DNA from: Blepharisma stoltei ATCC 30299 | Lineage: Eukaryota; Protista; Ciliophora | Direction of reading: 5' to 3' | NCBI GenBank assembly: GCA_965603825.1 | Contig: CBFDEM010000013.1 | Location: 62,001-126,000 of the forward strand | DNA length: 64,000 nt | Shown: piece after piece, positions 25,903-36,500 of the stretch | Position numbering within the stretch: position 1 is the stretch's first letter | Layout of the letters: each line of letters starts with the position of its first letter | Notes under the pieces: generated by a model | Told to the model about the DNA's origin: nothing | Databases searched by the model: none | The model's input: the letters and a program-made list of their open reading frames with translations, nothing else | Program-made: the position numbers and the translations under genes

Positions 25903-26859
25903 TTATTGGTATTTCGACCTTTTTTTCCTTGGTAGCCAGGTATATTCAACTTCTTCTTTTTTCTCTTCTTCTTTCACTGTATCAATATCTTTCTTCATTA
26001 CCGCATACGTTTTTCTTATAGCTTCTTCTACCCCTCTCAAATAAATCGGATGTGGAATCATCGATTTTTGGCCTCACTTGATCTCTCTGAGTTCTTGTGT
26101 CAAACAAATAACATAATGGCTTTTCATAGCAGCCCTACAAAACGAAATTTCTCCGCATCTTTGACAGGTCGATTTTTTCATTGAACAATGAGTCTTGAAT
26201 TTTCGATAGCTATGAAACTTGGCACCACAGCTGCAGTTGTAAAAATCTACGTTTCTTTCCCTGTCTATAATATCTGCTGTTCAGTTTCTGGTGCTGTCAC
26301 CTGATGAGCTTGTTAAAGAATCATCATCACTTAAATTAATTTTTTTTCTGATGGTTTCTTCTGATACTTTTTTTGTGGTTGCTTCTGTTTTTATCTTGGG
26401 AGAATCCTCTGATGAATTTTCAGTATCCGCTGCTTCTGAATATGGGTCGCTGCTGCCTTGTGAAGCTTCAGAATTTGAGTTGTCAGAACAGTATTCTTCT
26501 TCGTTTTGAGTTTGGTTTAGTTCAACAAATTTTGATGATTTATTTTTTGGTTTTTTGGCAAGTGTTTTTACATATACTAATCCTTTATTTGGAACTTCGT
26601 ATTCTAAGATTTCAGTGAAATTAGGATTTAATTTTTTAGAAGCTTTTTCATTAGGTTTTTGGTGGTTTTTGGTGTGTGCTGGAATTAATGCGTAGTTAAG
26701 CTCTTCGCTACAAGTTACACATTGATAAAAATCTTGATGTATTTGTCTGAAGGTGAATCCTCTTAAAGTGAATTCTTTTTTGGAAAGGTCTTTTATTAAT
26801 TTAAAGGTGGATCTCTTTTTAGAAGATTTCTTTTCTGCTTTGGCTTCTGCTGAATCCAT
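25903..26859 (-). CDS. Zinc-finger protein, paralog B, 318 aa
   Basis: TGA at 26281 and 26074 read through. The translation stays colinear with paralog A to EYTWLPRKKRSKYQ-TAA. Confidence 0.8.
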
Positions 26860-26888
26860 TATAGCCCCTCTAAATTTAATTGGGGATT
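26860..26888 (-). promoter_or_regulatory. 29-nt element immediately upstream of the paralog B ATG
   Basis: Identical to 25586-25614, while sequence further upstream is unalignable by eye. Confidence 0.5.
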
Positions 26889-27098
26889 ATCTTGTAATAT
26901 ATTTTACTTCTTTATCAATTTAATTAATCCAAATTTAATAAAATTTCAAATTTTAATTTTATTTCCTTTAGATTCTTAATCCTCTCAATTTTATAATTCA
27001 AGCTCAAAATTAATAAATACATATAATTTTTAAATCAGCTTCATTCTCTTTTAATACAACTTTTATAAAAATTCAAAAATAATAGTCATATGGTATAA

Positions 27099-27602
27099 AT
27101 GGGAAACTCTTATAAAAATTCACTCAAAGACCTCAACGATTTTTCGCTCTCCCAAGACTTCTATAGATACGCAGCAACACGCTTAGAATTCTCTATTTCA
27201 TCGGGTTTCCCTTTTATAAAGTATTTTAATGTTTACAGAGTGGAAGAAGAAAAGCATAAAATTGCCTCAGTTTCATTCGAAGATTTAAAAATAATTTATG
27301 AGCATATGATGCATATCAAAGTATTGTCAAAAATGACTTATGAAGGCGAAACTCCCGGCCGTGAGGTCGGGTGTCAAATTTGCTTTGAAAGATATGCAAA
27401 TGTTATTTTAGCTTGTGGACATGCATTTTGTGATATTGACATTATTGATTGAAAACAGAGAAATCAAAGCTGCCCTATTTGTAGAAGTGAATTACAAGTT
27501 AAAGATGTTTATATAGAAATGGAAGAAAATCATGAAGAAATTGTAAACGGAATTGAGAATAGTTTACAAGTAATTTTTTCTATTTTGGAAAGAAAAGATT
27601 AA
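27099..27602 (+). CDS. RING-HC E3 ligase, RNF141-like, 167 aa
   Basis: MGNS start. CQIC..ILACGHAFCDIDIIDW(TGA 27450)KQRNQSCPICR. TAA at 27600. Confidence 0.8.
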
Positions 27603-28067
27603 TAATATACACCTAAAATTCATTAATATTATACATTCTTTTAAAGAAATTCTTTAAAAATTCTTTACCTTCTTAAGACATATTAAAATAATTTATTATA
27701 AGAAGAATAAATTACTATAGGAAAAAATAATAGAAGATATTTTATTTAAATTTTATTTAGCCTCATATGTATTTTTTCAAGTTTTTTTATATATAAACCT
27801 AATAATAATTCAAATACTAATAAATTTTTCATATTATTCGCCTCATAATAAATAATAAAACTCCAACCGAATTACTAAATTCTTCAGTCCATTCTCCAAT
27901 CATAAAAATATCAATACAATTTGCCTTTGATTTCCCTGTTGAGAAAATTTAAATCACCTCTAAAATGGCCTTTTCTGACAAAAAATTATAATCTAAAATT
28001 CCATATTTTTCGACACTTTTGAGGCATTTTATACTTAAGTATGCTTTGGAATTAATTTATTCATCTA

Positions 28068-28535
28068 TTAGACAGAGAACGGTCTGCCCTCTAATTCAAT
28101 AAATATTGGTAGTTTACTTTTGCATCCTTCCTCAGAGTTTTTCCTACTTGACTGATTGCTTCCTGATGGAGAGCTGGATGCTGTGTCTTGTGATAACATC
28201 TTATGTACATATGGGCATTGGCTTCCGCTAATACAATACCCATATTCAATATATTGCTTGCATTCTTTTACCTTACAGGCTTTTCCTGAGTCATTTCTGT
28301 CTCTTAATTCTGTTTCTCCATGTGCAAATACACATCGATCACCGAATTCGCACATCCCTGACTCCCAATTTTTACATAACTCAGTCTTGAATTTCAGGAG
28401 AAAATTTTTTTCGGCTGATTTATTTTTCTTTCCTGAAGCTGCCTTCACAGGGGATATGCTACAGTTAGTAGAGGCTTCACTCTGTGGGCTGGAGAGGGCT
28501 TTTGAGCTTGTGTTGTTTTCTGAATAAAAGTTCAT
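28068..28535 (-). CDS. Tandem CCCH zinc-finger RNA-binding protein (TTP/TIS11 family), 155 aa
   Basis: KFKTELC-x7-C-x5-C-x3-H plus a second C-x8-C-x5-C-x3-H finger; C-terminal KLPIF. First ATG is at 28535 (the track used TTG). Confidence 0.88.
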   Translation of the reverse strand: MNFYSENNTSSKALSSPQSEASTNCSISPVKAASGKKNKSAEKNFLLKFKTELCKNWESGMCEFGDRCVFAHGETELRDRNDSGKACKVKECKQYIEYGYCISGSQCPYVHKMLSQDTASSSPSGSNQSSRKNSEEGCKSKLPIFIELEGRPFSV

Positions 28536-29316
28536 TTTGTTCGACAAAATAATGTAATTAATATTAATAATCTACTTCAATTAAAGAAGTTTAATTGTTG
28601 CCTAATATGGTATAAAATATAATTTTAGATAAGAGTAAAATAATTTTAATTCGAACTGCTGGATTAGTTTCATAATCATCGAAATAATTCTTTTCAAGAA
28701 ATTAGTTGCTAATAAACCAATAATATAAAATGAAATATTATTATGATTTTTTCACATTTATAAGCTTGAAATATGTCAATAAAAGCTTGCATCATTAATA
28801 CAAATATTATCCAAGATAAAAAATATATCTAAAGATATTGACGAATTTATGAGAAATATTAGATATGTATATTGCATTATATAACTGATGGATTTCGTTT
28901 TGTTTTTGGCAGATAAATATTAAATTCCTTATAGATTTTCAGAGACTTGATAGCGCAGGCTAATTGCTTTTGAAGTGATGTTAAAGAATATTGCCTCCAA
29001 TGCTAAGCTACTGGGCTATTTCTTTAAATCTGAAGCTATCTCTATAGTTCTGTTCTGCCTTATTAAATTTATAATCTAGCTAGATGATCATATCTATTTT
29101 GACTCTTTAATGCCCTTTTACTTAACTTAAGCATCTTTCTTTATTATTTAACTAAATAGTAAGCCTTATAATATTGCTTATAATTGTGCAGTAATTATTT
29201 ATAAATCAATAATAATTCACTTAAATATTCTTAAGGTTCTTTATCAAAACTAAGATTTTAGAAGTAAAGCCTCAAATTTATGATTTTCTAACTAAAAATT
29301 TACTCATTAACTTCAC

Positions 29317-30183
29317 ATGAAATGGATATGGAATTTGGTAGGAAAAAGCCGAAAACTAATTCATAAAGAAGACAAACTCAACCCTTGCAAATTTCATGAC
29401 GAAAGGCTATATCCTGACCTCCTGGCCAATCATCACTGCAAATCGTGTGAAATGGAGTTATGCTATATGTGTGCGCATTCCCATATCGACCACGGCTGCA
29501 ATGTGAAATGACCTTTTCATTTACAACACTCTGGAAATTCTCTTATCGACGCTTTTAACTCAGGCAGAAAAACCTTACTCCACTGGTCTGACATAAAATG
29601 TACCTGTGGCAAGCCTTGAACCCATGGCTCCGAGCCTACAATCTGTATAGCATGTGCAAACGCAACTTGCTCTCCAGAGTGCCACATAAAGCTCCAAGAA
29701 CAAAACGTATGTCTTTTCTATACAAATTTCGCAGCACTTGATATTGTTTTTGAGACAGTCAATGGTTTTCGAGCAATCTTGCATAAGAATTTTCAAATTG
29801 CAAAGCAAGGACAGCGAGTTACTTATGCGTCACCACGATTTATGAGTGCATTTAAGCATGATGAGAATCACATTCTTTTGCAGCGTGGTTTTCGACAATA
29901 TGGGCAGCCTTTAGAAGAAATGACGAAAAATATGAGTGTGATTGAGGAGAAGACAAGCTATGAGCATGCTATGTGTCTTTGTAATTGTGAAGTATGCTCT
30001 CAGAATAAGCATCCAGCTTATAATTGCATTTCAACTTGTCAGCATTCGAAAAATAAAAAACTGAAGCATGTTGAATGCTGGTGTTTGTGCTCAGAGTGCA
30101 TTGTGAGGGGTGCACATTCTAGGAAAGACTGCTATCATACGTGCAAATTACAAAAACTAGAAAACGATAATAATTTAATTTAG
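29317..30183 (+). CDS. Cys/His-rich protein with N-terminal B-box-like motif, 288 aa
   Basis: Track ORFs 29317 and 29779 are in frame, joined through TGA 29509 and 29617. CKFH..HCKSCEMELCYMCAHSHIDH is B-box-like. Confidence 0.75.
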
Positions 30184-30527
30184 GGAATTTTAATACGGAA
30201 AAGGTTGAAATAAAGATTAATTTAGAATTGGGAAAAAGGGAGAAAGTCAACCTTAGAGGTAGTTTAGGCTAAATGGAATGATTTTTTCGTTGTACAACTA
30301 AGCTTTTTTTGCAGTTTAAATATGCGATTATTTGTTTTCAAATCTGATGTTTTCCAATTGAGTTAGTTAAGCAATAAAGATTTAAAAGCAAAATCTTTAT
30401 TTTTTTATAACTTAATTAAGAATTATCTAAAATTAATGGAATTTACACATCAAGGGTAATCCTGCACACAAATAATTAATTACAATAAAAAGTAATTTGC
30501 TTATTCACTAAAGTAAGGTTATTTTAA

Positions 30528-33500
30528 TTAATCCTCGTTTTCATTTTTAAAGGATCTTCTTGATAAAAGTCTTTGAACTTCAACCCTGTGCAAATTGTTT
30601 GAAGCTGCAAATTCTAGGCTATTATTCGTTTCATCGTTATTTCTTATAATTTGCGCCTTCGCATTACTCCTTAAGTAATAGTTTGCAAAAGCCTCAGGCA
30701 TAGTTTTAGATTCTCTGATAGATTCTGAAAAAAATTCAGGAAATAGCAAAAGAACACATGAAGTAATCGCCTCCACTGGCTTACTCACAGGCGACAAAAT
30801 CGAAAATTCTGGCTTATCTCTCCTCAAGCTCCCAAGCAGCACAATCCCTCCTCTTCTCAAATCAATTAAATCCCCAGGCAAAAAGTACCTAATTTTTGAG
30901 CTTTTTATCATTCTCATCAGATGTTCTTCTTCCACCCCCTCGAACCCAAGCGTCTCTGCATTGAGCGAAATTAATTCTTCTGACGCTTCTTTATATAAAT
31001 CTTCAATATATATATCTTTATTAAGCATGGCTGCAGGAATATGTGCAGCAAATACCATTGTAATTGCTTTTGCAGTCGACATATTTACCTGATAAATTGG
31101 TAGCAGATGCTGGACCCCTACAATGTTTCCTATCATAAGCTCTTGGTCTATTCATGCTGCTAACTCATGGACTCTTCCATTTATTATTAAATAAGCTCCA
31201 TCTGCAGGCTCCCCTTCTTTAAAAAGAAACTGTCCTGGCTGATAATGCTTTTCTGTAATCATAGGCAATAGTTGTTCAATATCTTTATCAGTCGCATTTC
31301 GAAAGCGATTTTTTAAGATTTCTTTAATAGAAGGAATGCTGGGGTTCTGCTGAAAAGTAAGCTGCTTCATATTATTGTCAATGGCATCGATTAAATGCTC
31401 ATACTCTATTTCTTTGATTACTCCTTGGTGGAAGATTTTATTTATAAGTTTTCGTTGAGAAATCAATAAGGCGTAGCAGGCCATACTTGAGGTGACCTCA
31501 GCGACCACTTCTGGATATGAGTCAGTTATATTGTCTCTTACAAACTCTTTGCAGAGCTCGATTTGGTCGTGAGCTTCTTCCATGACTTTATGGAAAATGG
31601 CTTCGTCTATATCAATTTCCATATTGTCCATTAATTCTTCAGCTTCGTGATGGGCGGAAATAAAGGTACTGGCAGCGTCATAGGTAAGGATGACGATATC
31701 ATATAATAAATTTTTAAAAATTTTCCCAATTAATGGAAGTCCTGAAAAATAGTTGTAAATACTCATAAGACGCTTGTTGTAAAGCTCTTTTTCTAGGTGT
31801 TCCCAGTCTGACATTTTAGAGTCTTCTTTGTCTAATGCTCTGTTGCAGGATTCAATGAGAATAAGAGAAGCATACCCTGAGCATTGCCCAGAATTGAACT
31901 CTTGCCAATAAATACCTTTTAGCGTTGTAAAATATCTTCGTCTTGTTTCTTTTATTAACGCATTTAAAGATAAGCTGAATTTGCTTGTGTATCTTGATAA
32001 TAGCTCTTCTGGGCTATCACCTTGGTGCTTTCTTAAAATATTGGCGCCTACATTTGTATTCTTCATGATTTGTACTAGTAAATTTTTTGGGCCTGCAAGT
32101 TTCATAACTTTGTCTCATTTAACTAAGTTAAATTGTTTATCAGATCTCATTTTTTCAACCTTTTTAGCAGTATGCTGCAATATTGCTGTTGTAACCCCAA
32201 CTAACATATTTTCTTCAACTTCACTAAGAGTTTCCATCCCAAATTTTTTGACAGCAAATTTCATCGCAAGGCTATCAAAAATAATACTCAGCCCAGAAAT
32301 CCCAATTGTAAAAAACAGAAGTACAACTCTGAAATGTGAATCCAGCTCATCCTCATGAAAAACAATTAAAGCTAAAGACGTGGCAATGGCCCCTTTTAGC
32401 CCTGACAAAGTCATGACTATCACTTCTTTTATAGTGATCCCATACCCAAAGAATTTCAGCACAGGATAATGGATTAATAATACAACCCCTCTGACAAGGT
32501 GCAAAAAAATAAAAAGCGTCCCCATCCTAACGACATCTTTAAGCTCAAGTGAGGACTCCTTCACAAAAAACATCCCCAGCAGCATCCCTGCTATAATAAA
32601 TACAACAGACTCTACAGAAGTCCCTACAATATTCCAAAAATTGTGCAACGATTTTTCTGCTATAGGACTTATCAGAGTTTTTCCATATGCTGACATATAG
32701 AGACCAAGGGTTACTACAGAAATAGCGCCAGATGAATTAATTTCATTTGAAGTATAAAACAATAAATAAGCAGCGGCAAATGTAAGCAAAGTCTCTTGAA
32801 TTGAGTCATTAACCATCCTTTTAATAGCCCATCCCATAGCAATTGCAAATGAAATCCCTAATACAAATCCTGTACAAGTCAAGTTTACGAACTGAGCAAT
32901 GCTGCCTGCAACATTAGTAGAACCTAAAGCATGGTCTAGCATGATATTAAAAAATACCAAAACAGTGGCTTCATTTAATAGTGTTTCTCCTTCTATAAGT
33001 GTTTTAAATCTGTTATCCACATGCATTTCTTTTAGCTGAGCCACAACTGCAACATGGTCAGTTGCACTTAAAATGACACCAAGTAAAAAAGCATCATACC
33101 AGAGAAATTGATAGTCAAGAAATACATTTACCACAACAGCTGTCAGAACTGCTGATAAAATGACCACCGTAGTCGCTAGTGGAAGAATTTGCCAAATTTC
33201 ACGTTTAAAAGTATACCAGTCTGACGAAAAAGCTGCTTCAAATATTAAAGCAGGAAGGATACAAAGGGTAACAAGTTCAGGATTTAAAGAATCTATTCGG
33301 GAGACTGACGAATCAATATGAGCTATCGCTCCTCCAATGACCCTAAAAAGTGTCCCAATTAATAGAAGAATTGGGGAAACAGGGACTTTGAAGTGCTTTT
33401 TCAGCTCATAGCTGACGATGATAAGAAGGATTGAGATAAAGGTAAAAAGGACAATGTCAGGGATTTCTTTTTCATCTTCTTCTGTATGCTCACACGACTC

Positions 33501-33530
33501 AGAAAAGTTTTGCGAGCTTGCTTCACTCAT
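30528..33530 (-). CDS. SOS1/NHX7-like Na+/H+ exchanger (CPA1) with cyclic-nucleotide-binding-like domain, 1000 aa
   Basis: Three in-frame ORFs joined at TGA 32115 and 31152. LPALIFEAAF, LSATDHVAVV, LIEGETLLNEAT, SGLKGAI; CNBD LFKEGEPADGAYLIINGRV. Confidence 0.9.
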
Positions 33531-33555
33531 TTATTTTATTATTACTTATAAATTA

Positions 33556-36500
33556 TTACTGCTGAAACCCAATTCCTTGCTCTCGCAATAAAGCTTCAGC
33601 ACCTGGGGTAGCCATAATAGCTTTCAGCAGCTTTGGCCTTACTTTTTCTAAAAATTCTGTAAATAAGTTTCTTAAAATCATTGCTAGGTTTTTGCCACTC
33701 TTGGTGTCTGCTGTTCTATTGGAAATCACCAGACACTTGCAGAGGGTCGATAAAGTGTCTGTGGCAGGGCACAAGGCAGCGTCTTGGCACTTTTCAGTAC
33801 CATTGAGTACTGCGAATAAAATTTTGACAGCTGCATCTTTGGTGTCATAAGGCTCGGATTTTAGCTTCACAAGTCTGACGATTGGAGCTATAAAAATAGG
33901 GTTTTCAAAGCATTTGGCGATATCTCGCTTAATTTCTAACACTTTAAGTTCTCTTTCTTTTTCTAGTTTTAAGAATTCTTCGGTATATTCGATTTTTCCT
34001 ATAGGGGCAGTCTTAGTAGGAGGTTTAGCGTCAGATTTATAAGTGGCTGCGGCTGGTTTTGTGTCAGACCTAAAAGTAACTGTAGGTTTTGTAGTTTGGT
34101 ATTGTTTATTTTCTCCTTGAGTCATTGAGGTATTTGCCTTAGCTCCTAGGCTAGTTTTGTTAATTTCGCTTTGCTTTTTTTCTTCTTCTTGCTTCTTTTC
34201 TTCTCTTTCCATGGTTTCTGAAATTTCTTTTTCTAGGACTGGGATTTCTTTTATTTTGCAGCCTTTAGAAATTTCGAGCATAATAAGGGTCGCTTCAAAA
34301 CGGACTTGGAAATCAGAGTCTTGAAGGCAGTGCAAAATATGCTTGGGAAGCCTGAAATCTCTTGCAGCTTCTAATTTATTTTCATTTCCAAGCTGAATCA
34401 TAGCCCGGATATGCCTTATCGCGTTTCTCCTTGCCGTAACGCTTGAGCTTTCTCTTTTAAGTAAGGCAAAATTTTCAGCCAGCATCAATAATTCACTAGA
34501 ATAATCAGGGTGCTTGTTATTTTTAGTATATTCAGCCACATATGGGTAACAGCATGGCGGCATGCCTAATTCTGCAATAATATTTAAAAAAATCGCATCA
34601 AAATTAATATTCATTTCAAAATTCATATACGTCAATAGTTCTAAACATTCTTTTATAGCTGATTCTTCTCCTTTTTTATAATAAGAAATAGAAATAGCAG
34701 CAAGCATGTCAAAAACTTTATCATTTATAGCTTGTTTTATAAGCTCAGAGCTTGGCGAGCTTAAATCTTCTAGTTTCTTTTTGTCTTTTTCTTCAATGGT
34801 GAAGGAATTCACTGTGACGAGTTTTGACATGTTTTTAGCGGTCATAAAACCTCCTGGAGTATCAAAAAAACAAGCATTTAAGTAATGGATTATCTGCAAG
34901 GTCGTGTCTAAAAATTCTATTTGAGTGTTTTCACTTATTTGCCGCAATGCTACAGATACTCTTTGAGTAATCACCAGCTCTGGGTCTTTATAATAAAATA
35001 AATGGCTTGCAAATCTTTCAGCTTGCTTTTGCTCAAATTGGTCCATCTCAAAAATAGGGGAAGATAGCAACCCTTTTATTGTTGGCCGTTTTAATGGGTC
35101 GATCTGTAAACAAAGTGCTATTAGATCTAGTATTAGCCCAAGCTCGTTTTTCTCAGCATGTGTTGTATGTTTTAGATTAAGTGACTGCTCATAAATTTCT
35201 TGAAGGTCTTTACTACCTATTCCTTTATAGCTTTCATTATCATCCACTATTCCTGAAAAAGACCCTAATCTTATGCTTCTAATGATCCCTATATCATCAT
35301 TTGCTCTATTTACTGCTTTATATTTGACTATTCTAAACCCTGAATATGGATTATAAGGAAAACTTGTGCTTGGGATTATATGTGAATTTGGCTGAAAATC
35401 AGGAGAAATCACCCCTTTAGAATTGCATCATATCTTATAAGCTTCAAAAAAGGAAGGAGGAGGAACCCCAAATAAAAGAGAATATAAGATAGCACCAAAG
35501 CTCCAGACGTCTACAGAGGTAGATTGGTCTCTTCGCAAAATAAATTCAGGAGCCAAAAAGGGGTTATTGAGAAAATCACTTTCAGAAGAAATATTAGAAA
35601 GGCAAAGGACAATGTCGGGGGCTGAAATTATTTTCCCATTTATATCTATTTTCCCTGAGCCTTTTAAGGAGTTTAGCTTGATTTCTGCATTTTCTGTGAT
35701 CACAAAGGAAGAGAGGTTCAGGTTTCTGAGTGCAAAAGAGTGGGTTTGGACTGTGTATATAAGGTTGAGCAGTTGTTTTCCTAGGAATTTCGCCAAATAT
35801 AAAGCTGCTTTTGTATTATAAAGTATTGGAATTTTAAGCAGCCCACCATTTTGGTCTAATAAATGCTGGATTTCTAGCCCCTTAAGTCTTTCATACATGA
35901 CATAAACTTCTTTATCAGTCGGGTCTTTTCCGACCCTTTTTTCATGCACTCCAATGCATTTAATTACATTAGCGAATCTTTCTTGCAAAAACATGTGAAA
36001 TTCTAGCTCTTTATTCAGATGAAAATCAAGAGGGTTCCCATCAGATGAAATATGTCTAAGACCATCAGGGCCATACATAGTTACTTGAATTTCTGTCTGG
36101 TCTGTCAGCAAAACCCCTAAATACTGTTTTGTCGCAAAATTCATGACATAAAGAGTATCAAGGTAAAGTTTAAAATCTTGTGAAGGGATCCTAGGGATCA
36201 AGGCTTGGCTGACACCTTGTATAATAGAAGCCTGGACATTATAGTCTTGCTTTATAAGCAGTAAATTAGACTCCCTTATGATCCTTTCTAACGCAAATGC
36301 TTCTAAATGATCAAGCAGTGACTGATATCTTATAACAGCTGACCTTATAAGCCCTAGCCCTTCATTTACTCTATAAACCCCACTATACAGCTCCAATCCT
36401 CTTTTTTTCCTCCCTTTGGCTGCTTGTTTATACAAGTTTAGTGTCAGATACCCAAAATCATCAACAATACTTTTCAGCTGTTCTAGCGAGTTATATTTCT

